Assembly: GCA_965248575.1 (NCBI GenBank)
Contig: CBDFJQ010000002.1
Location: 4,032,001 to 4,096,000 of the forward strand
Direction of reading: 5' to 3'
Source: Planctomycetota bacterium
Lineage (GTDB): Bacteria; Planctomycetota; B15-G4
Length of the DNA stretch: 64,000 nucleotides
Shown: positions 28,486-37,405 of the stretch, piece after piece
How the letters are laid out: every line of letters begins with the position of its first letter
Numbering within the stretch: position 1 is the stretch's first letter
Notes under the pieces: model-generated
Told to the model about the DNA's origin: nothing
The model's input: the letters and a program-made list of their open reading frames with translations, nothing else
Database searches by the model: none
Position numbers and translations under genes: made by a program

Positions 28486-28734
28486 GTGAAGATCGAACTG
28501 ACCTACTGCGCCGTCTGAAATTACGAGCCCCGTGCCGTCGGTCTGGCGGAGGAATTGCTCAAGAAGCACAAGAGTGGGATCGATTCGTTGAATCTACTGC
28601 CCAGTGATGGCGGTCGATTCGAAGTCACCAAGAATGGAGAGCTGGTTTTCTCCAAGCTGCAGTGCGGACGTTTTCCCGAGGATGGCGAGGTGGATGCCAT
28701 TCTCACCGGCAACCAGCCGCCGGTTCTGGCCTGA
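28486..28734 (+). CDS. SelW/SelT/SelH (Rdx family) selenoprotein, CxxU motif; not in ORF track
   Basis: GGAG RBS, GTG start; MKIELTYCAV-U(TGA 28516-28518)-NYEPRAVGLAEELL...PSDGGRFEVTKNGELVFSKLQCGRFPEDGEV; Rdx similarity continues across the UGA. Confidence 0.9.
28530..28549 (+). promoter_or_regulatory. Putative bacterial SECIS hairpin
   Basis: CC-GT-GCCG-TCGGTC-TGGC-GG starting 11 nt after the UGA; contains GGTCTG as in the fdhF SECIS apical region. Confidence 0.6.
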
Positions 28735-28768
28735 TCTGCTCACACACTCCCCGGGTTTCCCTCATTCC

Positions 28769-30316
28769 GTGAAGAAGCCGAAGGTTGTCCTGTTCTTGCC
28801 GTCCCGGGTCGATCCCGAATTCGGGGATTTGCCGTCTGCGGACTTGCTGCCGTTGGAGCTGTTGCACATTGCTCCGGTGGCAGAGCAGCAGGGCTGGGAG
28901 GTCGTGGTCATCGATGCGATGACCGAGCCCGACTACATGGACCAGGTGCTTGAGGCCTGCGAAGGCGCCCAGGTGTTCGGCAGCTCGTGCATTCTCGGGT
29001 ACCAGGTCTGGGATGGGGCCGCCGTGGCTGAGGCCGTTCGGCAGCGCTTCCCTGATCTACCCATCGTGTGGGGCGGCTGGTTCCCTTCGGCCATCCCCGA
29101 GCTGTACCTCGGCAGCAACATCTGCGACGCCGTGGTGCACGGGCAAGGCGAGCTCACCTTCGGGGAGCTCTTGGACGCTTGGAAGGATGGCGGGCGCGGT
29201 GCGGATCTTTCGGAGATCCCCGGCATGGTCATCAAGCGCGAGGGAGAGGTCTACTGGACCCCGAAGCGCGCTGTCACGCACCTGAACGACTTGCCCGAGC
29301 CGTCGTTCCACCTGATCGAACTGCAGAAGTACTACGACCTCCAGAAGCGCGTGGCGCAGTTCGGTAACCGAGTCCGCAATCGGCTTCCGCCTCCGCACCA
29401 TCTGGCTGGTCGGCCGCACCGGGGCTTCAGCTACTTCTCGAGCTTCGGTTGCCCGGAGCCCTGTGGGTTCTGCTGCTCACCGCAGATTGCAGGCCGGCGC
29501 TGGATGGCGCTGGATGCCGATCTGCTCGTGGATCGCTTGGCGGTCATCCACAAGCAGGCGCCCTTCGATGTGCTGCGCTTCCAGGACGCGAACTTCGGTG
29601 TGGCCAAGAAGCGCATGGCCCAGTTCTGCGAGGGGCTGCTGGAGAAGGGCCTGAACATCAACTGGAACGGCACGATCGAGATCAAGCAGATCTGCCAGTA
29701 CGACTGGGACACGCTGAAGCTCATGAAGCAGTCCGGCAACCACCTCATGTGGTTTGGCGCCGAGGCTTCGACCTGGGAAACGCAGCAGCTCATCCGCAAG
29801 GCCATCAAGGAAGGCCAAACGAACGAGGCCATGGGCCGCATGCACGAGCTCGACATCAAGTCGGGGCTGACCTACATCATCGGGTACCCCGGTGAGTCGG
29901 TGGAGTCGATGTACGAGACGATCCACGAGGCTGCGCTCATGAAGACGCGCTACCCGTCCTGTTCCGTCGAGGTCTTCCCGTATCGCCCGATCCCCGGCAG
30001 CGAGTTCTGGCAGCCGTCGGTCGAGGACAACGGTTACCCGGTGCCCACCTCCTTCGAGGAGTGGGGGCGCTTCTTCGACTACAAGTTCAACTCGTGGTGG
30101 GGGCCCGTCCCCGAAGAGGTGCAAAAGGTCTGGGCACGCTTCACGCAGATGGCGCCTTGGTTCGACGGCATCGCCGGAGGCAAGGGTCCCATCTCCCACC
30201 TGCTCCGGAAGTCTGCCGGCGTCCGCCTGCGGAACCGTCTCTGGAAGGCGCCTGTCGAGTTCCAGATGTTCGACCTCGTGCGACGGTCCCTGGGGCCCGT
30301 GTCGTCCTACATCTAG
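28769..30316 (+). CDS. Cobalamin (B12)-binding radical SAM enzyme (class B methyltransferase-like)
   Basis: N-terminal B12 domain (PLELLHIA, PIVWGGWFPS, VVHGQGE); CPEPCGFC (CxxxCxxC); FQDANF; YIIGYPGE; probable GTG start 28769. Confidence 0.9.
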   Translation: MKKPKVVLFLPSRVDPEFGDLPSADLLPLELLHIAPVAEQQGWEVVVIDAMTEPDYMDQVLEACEGAQVFGSSCILGYQVWDGAAVAEAVRQRFPDLPIVWGGWFPSAIPELYLGSNICDAVVHGQGELTFGELLDAWKDGGRGADLSEIPGMVIKREGEVYWTPKRAVTHLNDLPEPSFHLIELQKYYDLQKRVAQFGNRVRNRLPPPHHLAGRPHRGFSYFSSFGCPEPCGFCCSPQIAGRRWMALDADLLVDRLAVIHKQAPFDVLRFQDANFGVAKKRMAQFCEGLLEKGLNINWNGTIEIKQICQYDWDTLKLMKQSGNHLMWFGAEASTWETQQLIRKAIKEGQTNEAMGRMHELDIKSGLTYIIGYPGESVESMYETIHEAALMKTRYPSCSVEVFPYRPIPGSEFWQPSVEDNGYPVPTSFEEWGRFFDYKFNSWWGPVPEEVQKVWARFTQMAPWFDGIAGGKGPISHLLRKSAGVRLRNRLWKAPVEFQMFDLVRRSLGPVSSYI

Positions 30317-30318
30317 AC

Positions 30319-31098
30319 CTAGGATCCGCGTGACCAGTCGAGCATTTGCGCGGCAGCCTCGCCGGGGTTGACGGCGTCTAGGAGCGCGCTGGCCATGGCC
30401 GCTCGTCGAAGGTGTCGGGTGGGGGTCTGCTCGGAGCTGGCTCGGTCCGAGGCATCCATGCCCTCCATCGCTGGGGCGAAGGCAGCCGTGAGCAGGGGCA
30501 GGGTCCTCAGGCAGATGCCCCCGATGGGGTAGATGGGCAAGGTCGGATACGCCTCGAGGCAGCGCCGCAGCTCGGCGGGCTCAGCGGGGGTCGTCTGGGC
30601 CTTCGTGCCGGAGGGGGCCATGGCGCCAAAGCCCACGTGATCGACGCCGGCTGCCACGGCGCGTGTGACTTCCTCGAGAGTGCGGGTCGAGGTCCCCAGC
30701 AGGAGTTCGTCATCCAGTTCCCGGCGGGCTCGCTGGAGCCCCCGCTGGATGTCCCCCTCTCCCAGCAGTCGGGCGTCGCCCCTGCCAAGATGGAGCCCGT
30801 CGGCCAGGCCAGCACCCGCTACGAGGGCCGCCAGGTCGTCGTTCAGGATCAGCAGGGTCTGGGGCGCCAGCCGCTCCCGGAACGCCGCGAGCCAGCGCAG
30901 CCGCTCGGCGCTGCTGCCCGACTTGATTCGAAGCTGGACGAGGCCTACCCCTGCCTCGGAGATCTGGCCGACTTTCCCGAGCCAGGCCCTGCCTGCCTCC
31001 GAATCAGCTGCTTCGGCGGCCAGCGGCGGGGTGGCGATGAGGTAGATCTGGGCTCGGGACAGGCGTTCGAGACGCGGCTGGAGGGTCGGGGCTGTCAT
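30319..31098 (-). CDS. thiE: Thiamine phosphate synthase family protein
   Basis: IYLI, VQLRIK, LILNDD, ADGLHLG, GFGAMAPSGTK, PIGGI. Confidence 0.75.
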   Translation of the reverse strand: MTAPTLQPRLERLSRAQIYLIATPPLAAEAADSEAGRAWLGKVGQISEAGVGLVQLRIKSGSSAERLRWLAAFRERLAPQTLLILNDDLAALVAGAGLADGLHLGRGDARLLGEGDIQRGLQRARRELDDELLLGTSTRTLEEVTRAVAAGVDHVGFGAMAPSGTKAQTTPAEPAELRRCLEAYPTLPIYPIGGICLRTLPLLTAAFAPAMEGMDASDRASSEQTPTRHLRRAAMASALLDAVNPGEAAAQMLDWSRGS

Positions 31099-31182
31099 TT
31101 CGGCATCGCCCCTTCGCCCTCCAGCGCCTCAATTGGCAGCCATTCTGGCAGCGGGAGCCTGGGGGCGCCGGCGGCTGCAGGC

Positions 31183-31218
31183 AGGGACTCCAGTCCTTGG
31201 GCTCCAAAGGGACTCCAG
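31183..31218. repeat. 11-bp direct repeat AGGGACTCCAG x2 (candidate activator sites)
   Basis: Copies at 31183-31193 and 31208-31218; the first overlaps the inverted repeat GGACT-CC-AGTCC. Confidence 0.55.
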
Positions 31219-31246
31219 GGCTCGTTCCTGGTGCGTGAGCGGCGGT

Positions 31247-31262
31247 TGGCACTGCGTTTGCT
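31247..31262 (+). promoter_or_regulatory. Sigma-54 (-24/-12) promoter
   Basis: TGGCAC-TGCGT-TTGCT, consensus GG-N10-GC spacing, 30 bp before the response regulator start. Confidence 0.75.
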
Positions 31263-31292
31263 TTTCACTCGTTCCCATTCCGGGCGGATTCC

Positions 31293-31724
31293 ATGCACCC
31301 ATCACGCAACACACGCGCGCTTTCCGTGCTCGTCGGTGACGACGATAGCGCGATTCGTGAGTCCGTTGCCGAGGTCCTGGTGGCCCTGAACCTGGAGGTT
31401 CACACGGCACCGAGCGGGAGCAGCTCCCTCCAGATCCTGCTCAAGGAGCGCATCGATTTCAGCATTCTCGATGTGGAGATGCCGGACATGACCGGCCTCC
31501 AGGTCATCGAGCGCTATGCCAGTGGGCCTTGGATCGCCGGGGCAGGGACTCCTCCGGAGCGCATGGCTCCCCGTCGCATGCCCACCATCTTCATGTCGGG
31601 CAACCCCGCCGAGGAGATCCGCAGCGCCTGCGAGACCCTGGGCAGCACCTTCCTCAACAAACCGTTCGCAGCGCGAGACATGCGCTCGGCGGTCAGCCGC
31701 ATTCTCTCAGAGCTGTCGCTCTGA
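31293..31724 (+). CDS. Single-domain response regulator (receiver only)
   Basis: VLVGDDD, ILDVEMPDMTG (phosphoacceptor Asp), FMSG, FLNKPF; no output domain. Confidence 0.88.
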   Translation: MHPSRNTRALSVLVGDDDSAIRESVAEVLVALNLEVHTAPSGSSSLQILLKERIDFSILDVEMPDMTGLQVIERYASGPWIAGAGTPPERMAPRRMPTIFMSGNPAEEIRSACETLGSTFLNKPFAARDMRSAVSRILSELSL

Positions 31725-31822
31725 TTCGTTTCTGACTCAACCCTTCAACTCACACGCGATGGACCCAAGGCGCTGAGCGCCTCTCCATCGCACCAACACT
31801 CTGCAAAACAGGAGAGAGCAAC

Positions 31823-32152
31823 ATGGCGACCAAGACTGCCAAGACCCGCAAGACGTCCAAGAAGGCGAGCATCACCCCCCTGGGCGACAACATCCTCGTC
31901 AAGCGCCTCGAGGCCGAGTCCATCACCGCCGGGGGCATCGTGCTGCCCGAGAGCGCCAAGGAGAAGCCGCGTGAGGGTGTGGTGATCTCCGCCGGTGAAG
32001 GTCGCGTCACCGAGGACGGCAACCGGACGGCTCCCCAGGTCAGCAAGAACGACCGTGTGATCTTCTCCTCCTACGCCGGCACGGAAGTGTCCTTCGGCGG
32101 CGAGGACTACCTGATCGTGCGCGAGGACGAGATCCTCGCCGTGGTCTCCTGA
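31823..32152 (+). CDS. groES: Co-chaperonin GroES with basic N-terminal extension
   Basis: [45 protein letters not shown]. Confidence 0.97.
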   Translation: MATKTAKTRKTSKKASITPLGDNILVKRLEAESITAGGIVLPESAKEKPREGVVISAGEGRVTEDGNRTAPQVSKNDRVIFSSYAGTEVSFGGEDYLIVREDEILAVVS

Positions 32153-32198
32153 CCCTTTCCGCACTCAACGACCCCACGAATACAGGAAACAACTGAAC

Positions 32199-33821
32199 AT
32201 GGCTGCCAAGAAGATTGCCTACGACATCGAAGCTCGCGACATGATCCGCGCCGGTGTCAACAAGCTCGCACGCGCAGTGAAAGTCACGCTCGGCCCGCGC
32301 GGCCGCAACGTGGTTTTGCAGCGCTCTTTCGGTTCCCCCACGGTCACCAAGGATGGCGTGACCGTTGCCAAGGAGATCGAGCTCGAGGATCCCTACGAGA
32401 ACATGGGTGCCCAAATGGTGAAGGAGGTCGCCTCCAAGACCTCCGACGTCGCCGGTGACGGCACCACGACGGCGACCGTCCTGGCCGAGGCCATCTTCGA
32501 GCAGGGCTTGAAGGTCGTGACGGCCGGAGCGAGCCCGTTGCAGCTGAAGCGGGGTGCCGAGAAGGCCGTCAAGGCCATCACGACGCAGCTCGGCAAGATG
32601 TCGACGCCCGTCAAGACCCGCACGGACATCGAGCAGGTTGCGACGATCGCCGCGAACAGTGACCCCGAGATCGGTCAGCGCATCGCGGACGCCATGGAGC
32701 GCGTCGGCAAGGATGGCGTGATCACCGTGGAAGAGGGCAAGAGTCTCGCCACGGAGATCGAATGGGTCGAGGGCATGCAGTTCGACAAGGGCTACCTGTC
32801 GCCTCACTTCGTCTCGAACCTCGAGAAGATGGAATGCGAACTCGAGAACCCCTTCATCCTCTGCCACGAGAAGAAGCTCTCGAGCATCAAGGATATCCTT
32901 CCTCTGCTGGAGCAGGTGGCCAAGGCGGGCCGCCCCTTGCTGCTCATCGCCGAGGACATCGAGGGCGAGGCCCTGGCCACGCTCGTGGTGAACAAGCTGC
33001 GCGGAATTTTCACCGCCTGTGCCGTCAAGGCGCCAGGCTTCGGTGATCGCCGCAAGGCCATGCTCGAGGACATTGCTGTCTTGACCGGCGGCTCCGCGAT
33101 CATGGAAGACCTCGGTATCAACCTCGAGACGGCTGACGCGTCCATCCTGGGCCAGGCCAAGCGCGTGGTGATCACCAAGGACGCGACGATCATCATCGAG
33201 GGTGCCGGCAAGAAGGCTGACATCCGCGGTCGCATCGCCCAGATCCGCAACGAGCTCGACCGCAGCTCCTCCGACTACGACAAGGAGAAGCTGCAGGAAC
33301 GCCTGGCGAAGTTGTCCGGCGGCGTGGCGCAGATCAACGTCGGTGCCGCAACCGAGGTCGAGATGAAAGAGAAGAAGGCGCGCGTGGAAGACGCCCTGCA
33401 TGCCACCCGTGCAGCTGTCGAAGAGGGCATCCTGCCCGGCGGCGGGACGGCGCTCATCAAGGCCGTGAAGGTGCTGGACACGCTGAAGGTGACCGGCGAC
33501 GAGAAGCTGGGCGTCGACATCATCCGCAAGGCGATTCACCTGCCCTGTCGCCACATCGCTGACAACGCCGGTTTCGATGCCTCGATCATCGTGAACCAGG
33601 TGTCCGAGGCGAAGGGCAACATGGGCTTCGATGCCGCCAACGGGAAGATGGTCGACATGGTCAAGGTGGGCATCATTGATCCCGCCAAGGTCACGCGCTC
33701 CGCTCTCCAGAACGCGGCCTCCGTGGCCACCCTGCTCCTGACGACGGACGCCCTGGTGGCGGAAATCCCCGAGAAGAAGGCCGCCATGCCTGCAGGTGCC
33801 GGCATGGATGACATGTACTAA
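32199..33821 (+). CDS. groEL: Chaperonin GroEL
   Basis: [69 protein letters not shown]. Confidence 0.98.
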   Translation: MAAKKIAYDIEARDMIRAGVNKLARAVKVTLGPRGRNVVLQRSFGSPTVTKDGVTVAKEIELEDPYENMGAQMVKEVASKTSDVAGDGTTTATVLAEAIFEQGLKVVTAGASPLQLKRGAEKAVKAITTQLGKMSTPVKTRTDIEQVATIAANSDPEIGQRIADAMERVGKDGVITVEEGKSLATEIEWVEGMQFDKGYLSPHFVSNLEKMECELENPFILCHEKKLSSIKDILPLLEQVAKAGRPLLLIAEDIEGEALATLVVNKLRGIFTACAVKAPGFGDRRKAMLEDIAVLTGGSAIMEDLGINLETADASILGQAKRVVITKDATIIIEGAGKKADIRGRIAQIRNELDRSSSDYDKEKLQERLAKLSGGVAQINVGAATEVEMKEKKARVEDALHATRAAVEEGILPGGGTALIKAVKVLDTLKVTGDEKLGVDIIRKAIHLPCRHIADNAGFDASIIVNQVSEAKGNMGFDAANGKMVDMVKVGIIDPAKVTRSALQNAASVATLLLTTDALVAEIPEKKAAMPAGAGMDDMY

Positions 33822-33868
33822 TCGGACCCCACCGTGCGGGTGGGGGCCTGGTGCCCCTGCTGCCGGTC

Positions 33869-33911
33869 GGAGCCCCCCCAGGCGGGTGTCTGGGGGGGCT
33901 CCTTGCGCTTT
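33869..33911 (+). terminator. Rho-independent terminator-like hairpin after groEL
   Basis: Perfect 13-bp stem GGAGCCCCCCCAG / CTGGGGGGGCTCC followed by TTGCGCTTT. Confidence 0.7.
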
Positions 33912-34054
33912 CCGCACCCCCTTCAATTTCCTATGCTGGGACCGTGACTGTGGACCGGTCGAAAACCCGGTACTCAGGGAACCCGACTGACGCTCAAAGA
34001 GTGGGCGTCACCCCCAACGATGTCCTCGTGATGTCCTCGACAGAGGTGATCTTC

Positions 34055-34852
34055 ATGCTTCGCAACACCGCTTTGGCCTTCTCCTTCCTGACCGCAATCG
34101 CTTGCGGTGACAGCTTGGCTTCCGACGACGTCTCCGCCACGAGCGAGACAGTTGTGGCGGCCGCTTCCCCCGCCATCGTTGCCACGGCGCCCCTCAACGA
34201 GCCCGAGCTCGCAGCGGCCGCTGGGGCTGTGACGGGCACCATCAAGCTCAAGGGCGAGATCCCCGCCCCCGAGGCCGTCGATGTCTCCAGTGACCCCGTC
34301 TGCGAAGGACTGAGCGAGGGCGGCTTCCACATGGCGACCGTGCGCGGCGAGAACGGCGGCCTGGCCGACGTCTTCGTGCAGCTCACCGGCGTGCCGGACG
34401 AACGCTACAAGGCTCCCAAGGATCCGGTCACCCTCGACCAGGTCGGCTGCGAGTACAAGCCCCACGTCTTCGGTATGGTCAAAAAGCAGGACATCAAGAT
34501 CATCAACAGCGATGACACCCTGCACAACATCCACCCGACGCCCTCCAAGAACCGTGAGTTCAACGTGGGCATGCCCAACCAGGGCATGACCATCGAGAAG
34601 ACGTTCAAGAAGGCCGAAGAGGCCGTGCTCTTCAAGTGTGATGTGCACACCTGGATGAAGGCCTTCTGCTTCGTCATGGAGCACCCGTACTTCGGGGTGA
34701 GCGATGCGTCCGGCAAGTTCTCCATCGACACCTCCGATCTGCCCGATGGCGAGTACGGAGTGAAGCTGTGGCACGAGTCGCTCGGTGAGAAGGAAGGCAA
34801 GGTCTCCGTCGCTGACGGCAAGGCCACCTACGATTTCACCTACGAACTCTGA
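34055..34852 (+). CDS. Lipoprotein with cupredoxin-like copper site and carboxypeptidase-regulatory-like segments
   Basis: ATG 34055 after GAGGTG; lipobox-like AIAC; LDQVGCEYKPHV, NSDDTLHNIH, KCDVHTWM (His...Cys-x2-His-x2-Met). Confidence 0.75.
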   Translation: MLRNTALAFSFLTAIACGDSLASDDVSATSETVVAAASPAIVATAPLNEPELAAAAGAVTGTIKLKGEIPAPEAVDVSSDPVCEGLSEGGFHMATVRGENGGLADVFVQLTGVPDERYKAPKDPVTLDQVGCEYKPHVFGMVKKQDIKIINSDDTLHNIHPTPSKNREFNVGMPNQGMTIEKTFKKAEEAVLFKCDVHTWMKAFCFVMEHPYFGVSDASGKFSIDTSDLPDGEYGVKLWHESLGEKEGKVSVADGKATYDFTYEL

Positions 34853-34875
34853 TCGATTCGGGCCCCCGCGGCCCG

Positions 34876-35904
34876 ATGGGAATCGGACTCGTGACTGACG
34901 AATCATCAACCGCCCCGGCACTGTCCGGGGCGGTTGTGTCTCCAGCCAGGCGGCGGTTTGGTTTCGCGCTGCTTGGCTCGACGCTGTTTCTCATCTTCGC
35001 GGGTGCGGAGGTGAAGAGCCGTCACGCCGGCTTGTCCGTGCCCGACTGGCCCCTGAGCTATGGCCAGTGGTGGCCGAAGATGGTCGGCGATGTGTTCTAT
35101 GAGCACGGCCACCGCACGGTGGCGGCAGCCGTTGGTTTCCTCACGGTCATCCTCACCATCTGGACGGCTCGCACCGAATCGCGGCGCTGGGTGAGGACGC
35201 TCGCCTGGGTTGTGCTCGGTGCCGTCATCGTCCAGGGGCTCCTGGGCGGCCTCACGGTGCGCCAGCAGCTGCCCCCCGCAGTCAGTGCGATGCATGCGAC
35301 TCTCGCGCAGACCTTCTTGTGCCTCGTGGGTTGGCTGGCATACGCCGGCACCCGCGAGTGGAGTGCGCCCGGCCCGGTCTTTGGCCGTAGCGGGTCGTCG
35401 ATGCAGGAGGTCGTGGGCGAGGCTCGCCCCGCCTTCCGCGCGTGCGTGATTGCCGTGATCGCGGTCTTCACACAACTCCTGCTTGGTGCCTGGATGCGAC
35501 ACAGCGAGGCCGGTCTCGCGGTGCCCTTCTTCCCCGTCTCACCAGCGGGCCACCTGTTTCCTGAAGTGGTGGACGACCTGGTTGTCATCCACATGCTGCA
35601 TCGCGGTTTTGCAGTCATCGCCGCGACGGTGGTCCTCTGGGCGGCCGCCTCGGTGTCGCGGCGGGTGCCGAGGCTTGGCGTGCACGCGACCTTGGCGGGC
35701 TCGCTCATCCTCATACAAGTCATCCTCGGCGCGCTGGTCGTCTGGGAAATGAAGGCGCCCATCATCACGTCGCTGCACGTGATGAACGGCGCGGCCGTGC
35801 TCGCGACGGTGTGGCTGCTGGTGCTTCGGACGCGGCGCTGCCTCGGATTGGCGGGCGACGACGTTCAGGAGTTGTCGTCCGTACAAACGGCCGAGGGCGC
35901 GTGA
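34876..35904 (+). CDS. ctaA: Haem A synthase (COX15/CtaA family)
   Basis: AGLSVPDWP, YEHGHR, QGLLGGLTV, HMLHR, SLHV; about 8 TM. Confidence 0.88.
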   Translation: MGIGLVTDESSTAPALSGAVVSPARRRFGFALLGSTLFLIFAGAEVKSRHAGLSVPDWPLSYGQWWPKMVGDVFYEHGHRTVAAAVGFLTVILTIWTARTESRRWVRTLAWVVLGAVIVQGLLGGLTVRQQLPPAVSAMHATLAQTFLCLVGWLAYAGTREWSAPGPVFGRSGSSMQEVVGEARPAFRACVIAVIAVFTQLLLGAWMRHSEAGLAVPFFPVSPAGHLFPEVVDDLVVIHMLHRGFAVIAATVVLWAAASVSRRVPRLGVHATLAGSLILIQVILGALVVWEMKAPIITSLHVMNGAAVLATVWLLVLRTRRCLGLAGDDVQELSSVQTAEGA

Positions 35905-35905
35905 G

Positions 35906-37405
35906 ATGAAACCTCGACTCGACTGGGCGGGCTTCTCCGGGCTGATCCGGCCTCGGATCGCCGTCCTGGTCCTGCTGGTGACAGCCGTGGGCTACTTCCT
36001 TGAGCGGCCGGCTGGGTTCGCCGCGCTGCCCTGGGCAGTCCTGGGCACGCTCTTCGTTGCTGGTGCCGGCTGTGCGCTGAACCACTACATCGAGCGCGAA
36101 GCGGATGGCCGCATGGAGCGCACGCGGATTCGTCCGCTCGTGACGGGCGCGTTGACCGAGCGCCAGGTACTCCGAGGGTCCTTTCTGTCACTCGTGATCG
36201 GTTTCCTGATGATCGGCTTCGGTGCGGGATGGACAGCGCTGATCTATCAGGCTGTCGCCATCGTCACGTACCTCCTGATCTACACCCCCCTGAAACGCCG
36301 GACGGTGAGCAACACCTGGGTCGGTGCCTTGCCCGGCGCCCTGCCTTTGCTGGTCGGCGCTGCCGCAGCCGGCGGCCCTTCGCCCCTGACCTGGGCGGCT
36401 TTCGGTCTCGTCTTCCTTTGGCAGTTGCCGCATTTCTTCGCTATCGCCTCCATGTACCGGGAGCAGTACTCCTCCGGAGGCATGCGGATGCTGTCCGGCG
36501 ATGATCCCGACGACTCGCTCCTTCGTTGGCAGATGCCCCTCCTGGTGATGTCCGTCATGCTTGTTTCCATCATTCCCGTTCTCATCGGTTCAGCTCGCCC
36601 CTCCTATGGTCTGGCGGCCTTGGCGATTGGGGCCATGTTCCTCGTGGCTGCTTTCGCGTTCCGGGCGCAGCCCGACCGTTCGCGCGCTCGCGGAGTCGTG
36701 GTCGCATCGGTGATCTACCTCCCCCTCGTGTTGCTTGCCTTGACGCTCGACGTGGCGTGCGCTGCGCAACCCGAAGAGCCTGTCTGTGAGGACTGTGTCG
36801 ACGTCGAAGACCCCGATGCGCTCGGCGCCCCGCTCGCAGCCGCGGCTCCTCTGGAAGGGGGCTCGGGAGATGCTGGCCCGGCCGACAAGACGGGCTTGCC
36901 CGATCACGGCCTGCTGCCCGAGTTCTCCTTGATCGGAGACGATGCGAAGACCTTCACGCGGAAGAGCCTGCTCGGCGATGTCTGGGTGGTGGACTTCATC
37001 TTCACGCGTTGTGCTGTCACCTGCGGGAAGATGAGCGATGTCTACGCCCTGCTCATGGAGGAGGGTCTGGACAGCCGGTTCTTGTCGGTCACCGTGGATC
37101 CGAGGAATGATGGGCCACAGCAACTTGTCGCCTATCGAAAGAAGTACTCGGGAGATGCGAAGGCTTGGCGACTGCTGACGGGGACTTCGCGGGACATCCA
37201 GTTCTTGGCGGAGGCCGGATTCCGGTTGCCTGTGAACGCAGGCGTCGAGGAAGTGGCTGGCATGCCGCCACTGTTTCACAGCGGGAAGTTCGCGCTTGTC
37301 GACAAGCACGCTCGGGTTCGCGGCTACTACGACTACCGGGACGAGCTGGAGCTGAAGCGTCTTCGTGAAGGCGTCGCAAAACTGGCTGCTGTCTCCTATC
37401 CGTGA
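35906..37405 (+). CDS. ctaB: Fusion: protohaem IX farnesyltransferase (haem O synthase) + Sco1/SenC copper chaperone
   Basis: MERTRIRPL, YTPLKR, WVGALPGALP, WQLPHF; C-terminal FIFTRCAVTC (CxxxC), SVTVDPRND, FHSGKFALVD. Confidence 0.9.
   Translation: MKPRLDWAGFSGLIRPRIAVLVLLVTAVGYFLERPAGFAALPWAVLGTLFVAGAGCALNHYIEREADGRMERTRIRPLVTGALTERQVLRGSFLSLVIGFLMIGFGAGWTALIYQAVAIVTYLLIYTPLKRRTVSNTWVGALPGALPLLVGAAAAGGPSPLTWAAFGLVFLWQLPHFFAIASMYREQYSSGGMRMLSGDDPDDSLLRWQMPLLVMSVMLVSIIPVLIGSARPSYGLAALAIGAMFLVAAFAFRAQPDRSRARGVVVASVIYLPLVLLALTLDVACAAQPEEPVCEDCVDVEDPDALGAPLAAAAPLEGGSGDAGPADKTGLPDHGLLPEFSLIGDDAKTFTRKSLLGDVWVVDFIFTRCAVTCGKMSDVYALLMEEGLDSRFLSVTVDPRNDGPQQLVAYRKKYSGDAKAWRLLTGTSRDIQFLAEAGFRLPVNAGVEEVAGMPPLFHSGKFALVDKHARVRGYYDYRDELELKRLREGVAKLAAVSYP

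Noticed and set aside
28604..28768. N-terminal extension of the radical SAM ORF in the track
   Set aside because: Overlaps the selenoprotein gene in another frame; B12-domain similarity begins at GTG 28769.
31246..31272. CIRCE element upstream of groESL
   Set aside because: TTGGCACT resembles one arm, but no GAGTGCTAA arm follows at 9-bp spacing; the sigma-54 reading fits exactly.
31099..31292. TPP riboswitch upstream of thiE
   Set aside because: Core CUGAGA and ACCUGA motifs are not present on the minus strand.
31095..31298. 67-aa minus ORF whose stop overlaps the thiE start
   Set aside because: No recognisable motif, and it spans the sigma-54 promoter region; probably non-coding, though not excluded.
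32040..33926. 628-aa minus-strand ORF
   Set aside because: Antisense shadow of groEL/groES caused by strong codon bias; no recognisable motifs.
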